Below, one piece after another: positions 10,258 through 20,752 of a DNA stretch of 64,000 bases. A model generated the notes under the pieces. It was not told the DNA's origin and ran no database searches. It was given only the letters and a program-made list of their open reading frames with translations. How positions within the stretch are numbered: position 1 is the stretch's first letter; every line of letters begins with the position of its first letter. The position numbers were made by a program, and so were the translations under genes. The stretch comes from Candidatus Zixiibacteriota bacterium (GTDB lineage: Bacteria > Zixibacteria > MSB-5A5 > GN15 > JAAZOE01), in contig DAOUTW010000012.1 of NCBI GenBank assembly GCA_030668485.1, positions 12,834-76,833 of the forward strand, read 5' to 3'.

Positions 10258-11112
10258 ATGGCGCAGCGAGTGCATATGTCGGAATTTTGGTACCTTTATG
10301 GTCAGACCTTTCGACTAATGGGCAAGGTAACTTTGTGGATTCCCCTGCTGGTGCAGGGAATACTGGCCCTGGTTCTGGTTTTAATGCATTATTATGTCTT
10401 TGCACCGGTGACCGGATCTATTATCGGGAGTTTGGCCGGACTGATAAATTCCGAATATGCCCCGTTGATGTATCATTATCCGTCTCATTTCGCCCTGCTG
10501 CCTTATTTCTTTGGTATTATCCGGTTAATATTGAATGTTTTGACTGAGGCCTTTCTGTTTGGAATTGTCATCGATTTACTGATAGCCATATATCGCGGCG
10601 AACGTCCTGCCTTTATGGTATCGGTGGTTGGCGCTCTGCGGAGGTATTTGCAACTGACTTTTGTCTGGCTGATCCTGATCGCCGTTTTGTACCTTCTTAA
10701 CAGCTACTTCAATACCTTTATTGAGGATGTCCTGGGGTATTCGTTGCAGGATGCGCCCCGACGAATGATGCTGACTCAACTGGTTTCCCGGGGAATGACG
10801 GTGCTAATTTACTCCGCCTGTATCTTCCTGCTTCCCAGTATCATGGCCGGAGGAGTCTCTTTCTGGGAGGCTATCAAAAGGGGTTTCAAAGTCTATGTGC
10901 GTCATCCGATAATAGCTTTTGGCCTGGTTCTGATTCCTTACTTGATCGGATTTTTGCCGTCGTGGGTGTTATCCGATCCGAATAAGATTGTAACCAATTT
11001 TTATCCTGAGTTGGTTCTATATCTGTTACTGGTATCTATCGGCGTCGATGTGATCGTCAATTTTATTCTTCTGGGGACGTCGCTCAAATTTTATATGGAT
11101 CAGTCCACCTAA
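10258..11112 (+). CDS. Multi-pass membrane protein of unknown function
   Basis: About 6 hydrophobic segments, 3 nt upstream of prsK. Confidence 0.65.
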   Translation: MAQRVHMSEFWYLYGQTFRLMGKVTLWIPLLVQGILALVLVLMHYYVFAPVTGSIIGSLAGLINSEYAPLMYHYPSHFALLPYFFGIIRLILNVLTEAFLFGIVIDLLIAIYRGERPAFMVSVVGALRRYLQLTFVWLILIAVLYLLNSYFNTFIEDVLGYSLQDAPRRMMLTQLVSRGMTVLIYSACIFLLPSIMAGGVSFWEAIKRGFKVYVRHPIIAFGLVLIPYLIGFLPSWVLSDPNKIVTNFYPELVLYLLLVSIGVDVIVNFILLGTSLKFYMDQST

Positions 11113-11115
11113 ACG

Positions 11116-13212
11116 ATGAGCCCGCTGTACTATTTCCATCTGTTTTCGGGACTGGTACTTCTCGGTGTTACCGTTCTTATTATCATCAAGAAAGGTTTGA
11201 CACCCTATGTCCGCCCCTTTCTTCTCCTGGTATTAGTAAATCTCGCTGGTATCGCAGCCGTTATCATTGAAACCAGCGAGTATTCTTCGCTCTGGATGCC
11301 GGGTTATCTGCTGCTTTATTTCCATGTTGCATTTCTCCCCTATGCCTGGCATATGATGGGCAGCCAGTGGGGGCTGGATCAAAAAGAGCATTCCCGAAGG
11401 GATGCCATCATTTCGCGCCTGTTTCTGATTTTCTCGGTGGTCCTGTTCATATACCTGTGGGCCATCCGGGGAGTCGATCTGGAACTGGCCGATGGTCACT
11501 GGATGCTGAATCTGGGTGACTGGAAATTCTGGATCAGCGCCTATTCGATCATCGGGCTGACAGCCGGAGTCTATGCCATTGAAGCCTGCTACCGATCCTC
11601 CCTCGGCCTGTCCCGAGAGAAAATAAAGCGCTCCTTTTTTCCTCTACTGGCATATACCATTGGTCTCCTGGGAGCGACCACCGCAGGAATTCTGTATGGT
11701 CGTATTACCGACCTGATGATTACCGTGTTATACCTATTATTCGCTCTGGTATCGGTGCCGGTAGCGAGGCATTATATCCTCTTCGATCCGACTCATGACG
11801 GTATCATTCTCACCCGGCGGGGGATATATTCTTCCCTGGTCGTGGTCCTGTTCGGCGTATATTTTCTTATCATCGGCGCGGTCGGCGAATTGCTGGTCAA
11901 GTATAACCTTGACGAAGGATTATTCTTCTCGCTGGTGATCCTGATTCTGATGGTTATCACCTTCATGATTCTGGTTGTCTCCCAGACGCTTCGAACCCGC
12001 CTTCGGCTGGTCTCTACTCCAAAAGCGCCGTTCCGGGATAGAGGGATGTATGACGCCGAATGGAAAGAGTTTGCCGAGGAAGTGTCGGTCACTCTTAATA
12101 TGGAAGCCATCTATTCTCGAACCAGCCGTCTGTTGCATCGTCTGCTCAAGATAGACCACAGCCTTTTTGTCATAAAGGAACCGGCCCCATCGGAAAATTA
12201 TACTCTTTATACTGGCGATGGAATCGACCGCGGAATTCCCAGGCAACAGCTCGACCTGCTTTCGGACTGGCTTTATCGTCTCGGACATGCTGCCGAAGTA
12301 TCCATGCTCGCCGAAAAAGCTCCCGAAGAAACGACTCAGATTAAGGCGCTTGAAGGAACGGCGCCGTTTGAGATATTCCTCTTGGTGCCGTTGATCGCCC
12401 GGCAGCAATCCCTCGGATTCTGGGGGATAGGATCTCATAGTTCCGGGCGGAGGTTGTCCTCCGATGAAATCGGATTCATAGAAGCGGCCGCCAATCCGGT
12501 AGCTTTGACTATCCTCGGAGCGCGGATGACCGACGAATTGCTGGTGTCCCGCGAGATGGATTCCTTCCATCGGTTTTCTTCATTTGTTCTTCATGATCTA
12601 AAAAACTCGGTGGGAATGCTGTCGTTACTCCTCGAAAATGCCGAAAAAAATATTAGTAATCCCGAATTCCAGAAAGAAGCGTTGCTGACCATCAGCAAGG
12701 CGGTTAATCGGCAGAAAAAAATAATATCGCGATTGACCGAAGAAAAGACCGATGATAAATTATCACTGGAAGTAAGCAGGATGTCCGATCTGATTGCTCA
12801 AACTCTGGAGCGAGTTCGCCTCGATACGATTAAGACAATTTCGACCAGGGTTGAAGTAGAGAATGATTTGAAGGTGATTGTCGACCCCGAAAAGATCGGT
12901 TCTGTATTTGATAATCTGGTTATGAACGCTGTCGAAGCAATGCCCGATGGCGGAAATCTGGTGATACAGTCGCCGGTTAATGATAAGCCCGGAATGATCG
13001 GTGTCACCTTCACCGATACCGGACTCGGCATGACTCAGGATTTTATCGCCACCCGCCTGTTTAAGCCATTTAGTTCCACCAAGCCTCATGGGCTCGGGAT
13101 CGGAATGTTTCAGTCGCGCGAGATTATCCGTGCGCATCGGGGAATCATGGATGTGAGCAGCACACCGGACAAGGGTACCGAATTTATAATATATCTTCCG
13201 GGAAAGGACTGA
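11116..13212 (+). CDS. prsK: PEP-CTERM system histidine kinase PrsK-like
   Basis: Multi-TM N-terminus, GAF-like region, H-box FSSFVLHDLKN, NLVMNAVEAM, DTGLGM, GLGIGMFQSR. Paired with a PrsR-like regulator, and PEP-CTERM genes lie in the window. Confidence 0.8.
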   Translation: MSPLYYFHLFSGLVLLGVTVLIIIKKGLTPYVRPFLLLVLVNLAGIAAVIIETSEYSSLWMPGYLLLYFHVAFLPYAWHMMGSQWGLDQKEHSRRDAIISRLFLIFSVVLFIYLWAIRGVDLELADGHWMLNLGDWKFWISAYSIIGLTAGVYAIEACYRSSLGLSREKIKRSFFPLLAYTIGLLGATTAGILYGRITDLMITVLYLLFALVSVPVARHYILFDPTHDGIILTRRGIYSSLVVVLFGVYFLIIGAVGELLVKYNLDEGLFFSLVILILMVITFMILVVSQTLRTRLRLVSTPKAPFRDRGMYDAEWKEFAEEVSVTLNMEAIYSRTSRLLHRLLKIDHSLFVIKEPAPSENYTLYTGDGIDRGIPRQQLDLLSDWLYRLGHAAEVSMLAEKAPEETTQIKALEGTAPFEIFLLVPLIARQQSLGFWGIGSHSSGRRLSSDEIGFIEAAANPVALTILGARMTDELLVSREMDSFHRFSSFVLHDLKNSVGMLSLLLENAEKNISNPEFQKEALLTISKAVNRQKKIISRLTEEKTDDKLSLEVSRMSDLIAQTLERVRLDTIKTISTRVEVENDLKVIVDPEKIGSVFDNLVMNAVEAMPDGGNLVIQSPVNDKPGMIGVTFTDTGLGMTQDFIATRLFKPFSSTKPHGLGIGMFQSREIIRAHRGIMDVSSTPDKGTEFIIYLPGKD

Positions 13213-13213
13213 T

Positions 13214-14569
13214 TTGGAAAAGCACACCATATTAATTGTTGATGACGAAGACGGCCTCAGAACCCAGCTTAAATGGGCTCTCGCCGATCAATATCAAATC
13301 CTGGAAGCTTCCGGTGTTGATGATGCGTTGGAATTGGCCGAGGAACATAAACCGGACGTGGTTCTTCAGGACATTTCTCTGACACCACGGGAAGGTGCGG
13401 CCGAAGGCCTCGACCTGATCGAAAAATATCTCGAACTCAATACCTTTTGCAAAGTTATCATGGTTACCGGGCACGCTGAACGAAAAAACGCTCTCAAGGC
13501 GATCGGGATGGGCGCTTACGATTTTTTCGGCAAACCGCCGGAAGTAGAAGAACTGAAGCTTATCATTTCCCACGCCCTGCTGGTAAATTCCTGGGAGAGA
13601 GAAAACCGGCAATCGATTTTCGAAGAAGCTCGTGGCAAAACCTTTGAGCAGATCATTGGTGAATCTGAAAGTATGCAGGAGATGTTCAAGACCATCAAAA
13701 CCGTCTCCGGCAGCGATTATACCATTTTAATTACCGGCGAATCGGGTACGGGCAAGGAGTTGGTCGCCAAGGCGATTCATAATTCCAGCCCAAGGAGCAA
13801 GCGCCGTTTTGTAACGATCAATTGTGGAGCAATCCCCGAAAACCTGCTTGAATCGGAACTTTTTGGCCATGAGAAAGGCGCTTTCACCGACGCCCATGCC
13901 CAGAAGCGAGGCAAATTCGAACTGGCCGACGGTGGCACAATTTTCCTCGATGAGATTGGTGAATTAACTTTGCAGTTGCAGGTAAAACTGTTGCGGGTTC
14001 TGGAAGACTATAAAATTGAAAGAGTTGGTGGACAGGAGGAAATCAACCTCGATGTCCGGATTCTTGCCGCGACCAACCGCGATCTCATGGAGGAAGTTAA
14101 AAAAGGGACTTTCCGGGAAGATCTCTATTACCGCCTCTCGGTTATTGCCCTGAGTATGCCGCTCTTGAAAGACAGGGGAGATGATATTCTCCTTCTTGCG
14201 AGAACTTTCCTCAACCGTTATGGCAATGAGAATAATAAGCCTAACCTCTCACTCAACGAAGCGGCTACCCGCGCAATTATTGCCTATGATTGGCCGGGTA
14301 ATGTCCGGGAACTGGAAAACAAAATCAAGCGTGCTGTCGTATTGTCCCCGGACAAGAAAATCAAGCCCGCCGATTTATTGCTACCGACAGCCGGGGGAGA
14401 TTCCAAGAAGAGGAAGACCCTTCAGCAGGCCCGCGAGGAAACGGAAAAAACCTATCTGCTTGAATCCCTGATCAGGGACAATTGGAATATTTCACGGGTC
14501 AGCCGTGAACTGGGTACCAGCCGAACCACGCTTTATGATCTGATAGAAAAGTACAAGCTTAAAAAATAG
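13214..14569 (+). CDS. prsR: PEP-CTERM-box sigma-54 response regulator PrsR-like
   Basis: Receiver ILIVDDEDGLRTQLKWAL, AAA+ GESGTGKE, GAFTDA, WPGNVRELEN, Fis-type HTH. TTG start. Confidence 0.8.
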   Translation: MEKHTILIVDDEDGLRTQLKWALADQYQILEASGVDDALELAEEHKPDVVLQDISLTPREGAAEGLDLIEKYLELNTFCKVIMVTGHAERKNALKAIGMGAYDFFGKPPEVEELKLIISHALLVNSWERENRQSIFEEARGKTFEQIIGESESMQEMFKTIKTVSGSDYTILITGESGTGKELVAKAIHNSSPRSKRRFVTINCGAIPENLLESELFGHEKGAFTDAHAQKRGKFELADGGTIFLDEIGELTLQLQVKLLRVLEDYKIERVGGQEEINLDVRILAATNRDLMEEVKKGTFREDLYYRLSVIALSMPLLKDRGDDILLLARTFLNRYGNENNKPNLSLNEAATRAIIAYDWPGNVRELENKIKRAVVLSPDKKIKPADLLLPTAGGDSKKRKTLQQAREETEKTYLLESLIRDNWNISRVSRELGTSRTTLYDLIEKYKLKK

Positions 14570-14660
14570 CACCAAACCCTCGGAAATGCTGATTTTTTGA
14601 GCATTTACCTCTAAATATAGTCCCCTATTAACCGATTATAGAATTATACCATAATATTCT

Positions 14661-16112
14661 ATGGGGATCTTGTGGATGAAGAATGTACTACTTGTTGACG
14701 ACGACTTAGAAGTATCAAACTCTTTAATAGACCTGTTTGACCCAGAGAGGTATTCTTTTCATCATCTGGAGGATGGGCAGGGTACATCCGACTACGTTTC
14801 CGAACATCTGGATAACCTCGATCTGGTGATGCTGGACGTCAATTTGCCGTCATGCTCCGGGCTCGATCTGTTGAAAAATATCAAGAAAATCAACCAGAAT
14901 CTGCCGGTGATTGTTATCTCCGGATTTATTTCCACCGAAAACGCAATGGAAGCGATGCGCGAGGGGGCCTACGAATATTTGACCAAACCGTTCGAGGTCA
15001 ACCGCCTGATCGAGACAGTTAACAAGGCCTGCGGCTTTGGACGCGATCATGTCAAACAGGGCTCGCCTCCGGATACAACGTTCGAGGAAGATGTCAGTCC
15101 GGATGAAATAGTCGGGCAGTCGCCTGAAATCGTTGAAATCGCCAAGTTGATCGGGCAGGTTGCCAAGACCGATGCCGCCGTATTGATTTTCGGCGAATCG
15201 GGGACCGGAAAAGAACTGGTTGCCCATGCCATCCATCGAAACAGCCGCCGCCGCAACAAAATGTCCCTGTCGGTCAACTGTGCCGCTTTATCCGATACCC
15301 TTCTGGAATCGGAACTTTTCGGACATGAAAAAGGAGCCTTTACCGGAGCCTATTTCAAACGGATCGGTAAATTCGAGCAATGCGACCAGGGCACAATTTT
15401 CCTCGATGAAGTGGCCGACATGTCGATGTTGACACAAGGCAAGGTTCTCCGCGTTTTGCAGGAAAAGGAATTTGAGCGGCTCGGCGGGAATGACACTATT
15501 AAAGCCGACAGCCGTATCATCGCCGCCACCAATAAATCACTAGTGCAATGCATGAAGGAAGGCGCCTTCCGGGTCGATCTGTTTTATCGCCTGAAAGTGG
15601 TTTCTATCTATATGCCGCCTTTGCGGGAGCGAAAAGAGGATGTTTCGCTGCTCGTCGATCATTTTATCAAGAAATACAATAAATCATTGGACAAGAATAT
15701 CCACACTGTATCCAATAAAGCCAAGAACCTGCTCAATAAGTTTATCTGGCCGGGCAATGTCCGAGAGTTGGAAAACAATGTCCATACCGCGATGGTGATG
15801 GCCAAAACCGAAACTTTGCAGGCCGAAGATTTTCCGATATTCAACGAGAACAACGCCAAGGTTGAAATCGATCTTGAAGGCCTTCAGGACGATTATACGA
15901 CCATGTTCGAACGTTTGATCGATCCGATATTCCCCAAGCTGGTTGCCAATGCCGAAGGCCGCGCTTATCATATGATGCAATCGGCCATGGAAAAAGCTCT
16001 CATTGCCGCCTGCCTCAAGCATTACAACTCCAATCAAGTCAAGGCCTCGGAAATGCTCGGAATTTCTCGCAACACGTTGCGAGACCGAATCAGCCGGTAC
16101 GGTATATATTAA
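14661..16112 (+). CDS. Sigma-54-dependent NtrC-family response regulator
   Basis: Receiver domain, GESGTGKE, GAFTGA, C-terminal HTH (NQVKASEMLGISRNTLR). Confidence 0.9.
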   Translation: MGILWMKNVLLVDDDLEVSNSLIDLFDPERYSFHHLEDGQGTSDYVSEHLDNLDLVMLDVNLPSCSGLDLLKNIKKINQNLPVIVISGFISTENAMEAMREGAYEYLTKPFEVNRLIETVNKACGFGRDHVKQGSPPDTTFEEDVSPDEIVGQSPEIVEIAKLIGQVAKTDAAVLIFGESGTGKELVAHAIHRNSRRRNKMSLSVNCAALSDTLLESELFGHEKGAFTGAYFKRIGKFEQCDQGTIFLDEVADMSMLTQGKVLRVLQEKEFERLGGNDTIKADSRIIAATNKSLVQCMKEGAFRVDLFYRLKVVSIYMPPLRERKEDVSLLVDHFIKKYNKSLDKNIHTVSNKAKNLLNKFIWPGNVRELENNVHTAMVMAKTETLQAEDFPIFNENNAKVEIDLEGLQDDYTTMFERLIDPIFPKLVANAEGRAYHMMQSAMEKALIAACLKHYNSNQVKASEMLGISRNTLRDRISRYGIY

Positions 16113-16195
16113 ATCTATGGGCGGATTAATCTCCGCCCCCTTCAATCTTATTTAATTGAACTTGCGACCGATACGCTTCATGCGTATATTTTTTT

Positions 16196-17263
16196 ATGCC
16201 GTCTGCCACAGGGGAACATAATCGCCTTGAAAGAAAGGCCGCCGATCAGATTGCCGATCGACTCAATTGTCTTTTCGGCGGCGGTCAGGATAATCTCCCG
16301 GCCATTCCGTCCGATAATAGCATCGGTTCTCCTCATCTGGTCGATTCTCTCGATGACGCCCCGCCTCGAATTATCAATTCCAATGGGTCGAAGGTAATTG
16401 TCTATGCCATCGACGGCGGATCGACGGTTCTTGCTCGTGGCGGTAATATTGAAGTAATAGCCTGGCGAGCCGGCATGGTCAAATTTCGAGACTGCAAACG
16501 CCTGAGTGAATCTTGTCCCTCTCCAAGAGTTCTTGCTTATAATCGGCTGGCCGTCAAAGATCAGATCGAAGAATTATTGATTGATTCTCCGGCGCAATAT
16601 ATTGCCTCACAGCCTCCTGCAAAGCTGGTCGACGAATTGCGTTGGCTGGCTGAGTGGCGGCTGATAGATGGCGTCATTCATAGCGCAGAAGCGGGATCTC
16701 TTGTCCTGATAGACGGGTCATTGCGTTGCAATCCCGCCTTCGATATGAAATTCCAAAGAGGAATACTTGCCTGGGCGGCTGAGCACGAGATTCATATAGC
16801 TGCCATCACAAAGCAGAGTTCCCTGTCGCTATCTCAGAATCTGCCGATCGATCTCAAATCGGACGGGGGAGAGGTGGTTGCTGATAGATTTCCAAAATGG
16901 TATCGTCAACTCAATCGCCCGTTGCCTGCATCCAGCGGCTGGCTGGGTAATATCTTCCTGGCGGGTTTGCACCCCGATGCCGACAAGCCATACCGGGTCG
17001 ATATCAACCGTCACGATGAAACCAATACCGAAAAGATATTCTCCATGATTGCGACTGTTTCCGATGATATTGAATTTTGCGGTTATCCCTACCCGTTGGC
17101 GGCGGCCCATCGTCTGGCCCGGATCGATAACCTGTTCCGGCAAGAATTAATCGGGGTCATCGGGCAGGCGCTGGACAGAAAGAACTTTGCTCCCCATATA
17201 TGGGAATATCTCGTGGGCGATATTCATGAAAAACTCAACGCCGATATGGTACAGGAAAAATAA
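16196..17263 (+). CDS. nurA: NurA 5'-3' nuclease
   Basis: YAIDGGS, LVLIDGSL, AAITKQS, GYPYPLAAAH motifs. Directly upstream of herA. Confidence 0.8.
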   Translation: MPSATGEHNRLERKAADQIADRLNCLFGGGQDNLPAIPSDNSIGSPHLVDSLDDAPPRIINSNGSKVIVYAIDGGSTVLARGGNIEVIAWRAGMVKFRDCKRLSESCPSPRVLAYNRLAVKDQIEELLIDSPAQYIASQPPAKLVDELRWLAEWRLIDGVIHSAEAGSLVLIDGSLRCNPAFDMKFQRGILAWAAEHEIHIAAITKQSSLSLSQNLPIDLKSDGGEVVADRFPKWYRQLNRPLPASSGWLGNIFLAGLHPDADKPYRVDINRHDETNTEKIFSMIATVSDDIEFCGYPYPLAAAHRLARIDNLFRQELIGVIGQALDRKNFAPHIWEYLVGDIHEKLNADMVQEK

Positions 17264-17264
17264 T

Positions 17265-18827
17265 ATGAGCCAGACATACATCGGAAGGCTGGTCGGCAAA
17301 TCGGTAGGCGAACTGTACTTCCGCTCTTTTTATGATACCCCCCTTTCCATCGGCGGCATTGCTATGGCGGTCGATGAACAAACCGGGCGAAAATTCCTCC
17401 TGAGGATAACCGACGTGAGTTACGGCCATGAAAGCGCCGAGGCGAACTGGGCGGAGAAAGCGGCCGGGCGGATGATGGAAGAAGATATTCACGGACGCTC
17501 CTACCGTATCCATGATCCCGATCGTCGTCTCTATAAACTGGCTAAATGTTCCCCGTTAGGCTATGTTTACAACAACCAGTTTCATCGCCCTCGGTCAATC
17601 CCTACTCACTTTTCCCAGGTTACTCTTCCTGACCCGCAAACGATGGAGTTTCTCAAAGAATACAGCGGTGATCTGATTGTCGGCGACCTGCGCTGCGGCG
17701 AATCGGTGATGGATATCCCCTTGGGAATAGACGGCCGCTCTCTGGCTCAGCACCTTGGAATCTTTGCCACCACTGGAATGGGTAAATCGAATTTGATGAA
17801 GGTCCTGGCCTCGGCGATTATGGAAAGCGGTCGATATGGACTTTTAATTTTCGATCCCCATGGTGAATACCACGACGGCGGCAAGGGGGGAGAAAATAAA
17901 GGTCTCGTCGATCATCCGGCGGCTTCCACGCGCCTTTTCTCGTATTCGCGGCGTAAGCTAAAAGGCGAACATGGAAATCTATCCATCCCGGTGAATGAAA
18001 TTGAGATCGAGGATATCGAGCAGATTTTCAGTTTCACCCAGGCACAACGCGAGGCCCTCTGGGCGGTCAGGATTAAATATAATAAAGAATGGCTCCGAAA
18101 GCTCTGCCACCTCGATATCGAAACCCTGACCGAAGAGCTCACCGCCGGTAGCTCTACCTTTCAGGAATCCACCCTCGGGGTTCTCAAACGCCGGGCACAG
18201 CGGATAGAAGATTTCAAATCGGTCAATTTTGATTCTACGCTTTCTACCAAAGGTGACATCGTCGGCAAATTACAGAACGGCTACACGGTGCTGGTCGACA
18301 CCGCCAATCTATCCGGGGCCGAGGAAACCATGATGACCTCGATCCTCACCCGGGCGGTCCTCAACAGCTATCGCTGGAAATATCAAACCGAGGGTGATTT
18401 CGACAACCTGGCGCCCTGCCTTATTATGCTGGAGGAAGCCCAACGAGTGCTGGCGGCATCGGCGGGAGACAGTAATGTCTTTCATCAGGTCGTCCGTGAG
18501 GGAAGGAAATTCAAAGTTGGCATGGGTGTCATCACCCAGCAGCCGAAACTGCTTTCCGAAGAACTCCTGTCGCAACTGAATTCGATTTTTATTCTCGGGC
18601 TGGCCGATGAGCGCGACCGCAGTGTGATTCGTTTTTCAGCAAAGCAGGACATCTCGGCTTTGGGAACCGAAATTCAGACGCTGGCGGCAGGCGAGGCGCT
18701 GCTGACCTCACCCACGGTCCCGTTCGCCTTGCCATTGAAAATTTATCTCTATGAACAATATCTGAACCGCTATACCGGGGAGGATAAACCGGGCGGCCGC
18801 GATAAGATCGCGGACGACTTCTTTTAA
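17265..18827 (+). CDS. herA: HerA bipolar helicase/ATPase (HAS barrel plus DUF87)
   Basis: HLGIFATTGMGKSN, IFDPHGEY, LEEAQR, REGRKF, TQQP. ATG at 17265, 1 nt after the nurA stop. Confidence 0.85.
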   Translation: MSQTYIGRLVGKSVGELYFRSFYDTPLSIGGIAMAVDEQTGRKFLLRITDVSYGHESAEANWAEKAAGRMMEEDIHGRSYRIHDPDRRLYKLAKCSPLGYVYNNQFHRPRSIPTHFSQVTLPDPQTMEFLKEYSGDLIVGDLRCGESVMDIPLGIDGRSLAQHLGIFATTGMGKSNLMKVLASAIMESGRYGLLIFDPHGEYHDGGKGGENKGLVDHPAASTRLFSYSRRKLKGEHGNLSIPVNEIEIEDIEQIFSFTQAQREALWAVRIKYNKEWLRKLCHLDIETLTEELTAGSSTFQESTLGVLKRRAQRIEDFKSVNFDSTLSTKGDIVGKLQNGYTVLVDTANLSGAEETMMTSILTRAVLNSYRWKYQTEGDFDNLAPCLIMLEEAQRVLAASAGDSNVFHQVVREGRKFKVGMGVITQQPKLLSEELLSQLNSIFILGLADERDRSVIRFSAKQDISALGTEIQTLAAGEALLTSPTVPFALPLKIYLYEQYLNRYTGEDKPGGRDKIADDFF

Positions 18828-18829
18828 TC

Positions 18830-19933
18830 ATGCGAATTATACATTTTGCGGATAATCACCTCGGAGCCGGTGTCGACCGTCGCCAGCAGGATATCCTCGA
18901 CAGTTTTGCCGTGGCGATCGATAAAATCATCGAGCTCAAACCCGACCTGGTGATCAATGCCGGCGATCTCTTCCATATGGTTCACCCGACCAATCGTGTC
19001 ATTGCTTTTGCCTCGGAACAACTGATAAAGCTGGGACGAGAAGCAAAAATACCGATGGCGATAATATCCGGCAACCATGATGCTCCCAAGCAAAGGCATA
19101 TCGGCGCTGTCCTGTCAATCTTCAAGGATTATGACAATATCTACCCGATCTATAAATCGCGCTATGAGCGATTTAATATCGGCGATTGCGCCATATCAGC
19201 CGTGCCGCATTGCTTGACTACCGATATCCTGAAGAGTGAATTGGAAAAAATAAAACCAGACCCGAGCGCTAAATACAATATTCTTATTCTCCACGGTGTC
19301 GTCGGGGGAATAAAAGAATTCCAGATGGCTGACCTCTCCGAGCAGGAGATCGCCGCCTCCTATTTCAATCTCGGTTTTGACTATGCCGCCCTGGGACATT
19401 ATCACAACTTTACCGAAATACAGCCGATGGTTTATTACTCCGGATCAACTGAAAGACTTTCGCAATCCGAGGCCGCCCATGATAAGGGTTTTATAGAGGT
19501 CAATTTCGAGTCTGATAGCGACAAAATAGTTTTTCACAAAATTAAATCGCGCGTTATGATTGACCTGCCGGCGGTGAAAGCAAAAGGGCGCACCGCCGAC
19601 GAAATAATGGCCGAACTGGAAAAGGCGGTCAAAGACCAAAATCCGGAAGACAAAATCATCCGAGTAAAATTGACCGATATCCCGGAAGAAACCTATCGCG
19701 CGTTGCCGTTCGACAAAATCAACGATTTGAAACATGAAGCTTTTTCGCTTGATGTTCAGTTCCAAAAGGAGGAGAAGCCGGAAGAAAACCTCTATGCCGA
19801 TCTCAATCTGGGGCGCCTTGACCAGGCCTTCGAAAAATTCATCGCCTCCAAAGTAATCGAAAATCTCGACAAGGAAAAACTGCAAAAAATGGCCCTGGAT
19901 CTCCTGCACCGAGCCGAGAGCGATGAACCCTGA
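18830..19933 (+). CDS. mre11: Mre11/SbcD nuclease
   Basis: Phosphoesterase motifs HFADNHLG, AGDLFH, SGNHD, LHG, ALGHYH, YSGSTE. Confidence 0.85.
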   Translation: MRIIHFADNHLGAGVDRRQQDILDSFAVAIDKIIELKPDLVINAGDLFHMVHPTNRVIAFASEQLIKLGREAKIPMAIISGNHDAPKQRHIGAVLSIFKDYDNIYPIYKSRYERFNIGDCAISAVPHCLTTDILKSELEKIKPDPSAKYNILILHGVVGGIKEFQMADLSEQEIAASYFNLGFDYAALGHYHNFTEIQPMVYYSGSTERLSQSEAAHDKGFIEVNFESDSDKIVFHKIKSRVMIDLPAVKAKGRTADEIMAELEKAVKDQNPEDKIIRVKLTDIPEETYRALPFDKINDLKHEAFSLDVQFQKEEKPEENLYADLNLGRLDQAFEKFIASKVIENLDKEKLQKMALDLLHRAESDEP

Positions 19934-19984
19934 TTAAAATCTTCCGGATCTGTTTTGACATGGGTTTCAATATAGGGGGGAGAA

Positions 19985-20740
19985 ATGGAAAGATCAGATA
20001 ATAAAGATCGGCGTCGTCTCTACGGAGATTTGGCTTGGACCTGGCCGATTATCAGCCCGCCGGAGGGGTACGCCGATGAGACTGAAGAGATTATCCGGTC
20101 TATCAATAAATATGCCCGGAGTCCGGTCCGGAAAGTTCTAAATCTCGGATGCGGCGGCGGACATAACGATTTTACCCTCAAGAAGCACTTTGATGTCCAC
20201 GGCGTCGATATCAGTGAAGAGATGCTGGCGCTGGCCCGAAAGTTAAACCCCGAAGTCAAATACGTAAAAGGCGATATGCGCTCGGTTCGGCTGGGGAAAA
20301 CTTATGATGTCGTCACCATTTTTGATTCGATCAACTACATGACCACGGTCGATGATTTGCGTTCGGCTCTTGTTACCGCTTATGATCATCTTGTACCCGG
20401 CGGAATGTTTATTACCTACCTGGAGGTATGGAAGGAAAGCTTTCGCCAGAACCAGATCAGTCATTTGACCCGCAGCAGGGGAGAGATAGAAGTCACATTG
20501 GTTGAAAATTATTATGACCCCGATCCTAATGATTTCTGTTACGAGGCAAATTTCGTCTATTTCATACGCCGTGCGGGAATTCTGACCGTTGAGCATGACG
20601 CTCATCTATTGGGCCTTTTTCCTTTGGATATCTGGCCGGAAATAATAAAGGATGCCGGGTTTGAATTCGACCGGCATCCGTCATCGATCACGAGCAGCAT
20701 CGGGGAAAGCTGCCCGGTTTTAATAGGCATCAAGGCCTGA
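19985..20740 (+). CDS. Class I SAM-dependent methyltransferase
   Basis: VLNLGCGGG, GVDISEEML, GDMR, HLVPGG. Confidence 0.85.
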   Translation: MERSDNKDRRRLYGDLAWTWPIISPPEGYADETEEIIRSINKYARSPVRKVLNLGCGGGHNDFTLKKHFDVHGVDISEEMLALARKLNPEVKYVKGDMRSVRLGKTYDVVTIFDSINYMTTVDDLRSALVTAYDHLVPGGMFITYLEVWKESFRQNQISHLTRSRGEIEVTLVENYYDPDPNDFCYEANFVYFIRRAGILTVEHDAHLLGLFPLDIWPEIIKDAGFEFDRHPSSITSSIGESCPVLIGIKA

Positions 20741-20752
20741 GCTTACGGCAGC

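Noticed and set aside
10258-11112. Exosortase next to prsK
   Set aside because: No recognisable catalytic Cys(SG)-Arg-His motifs.
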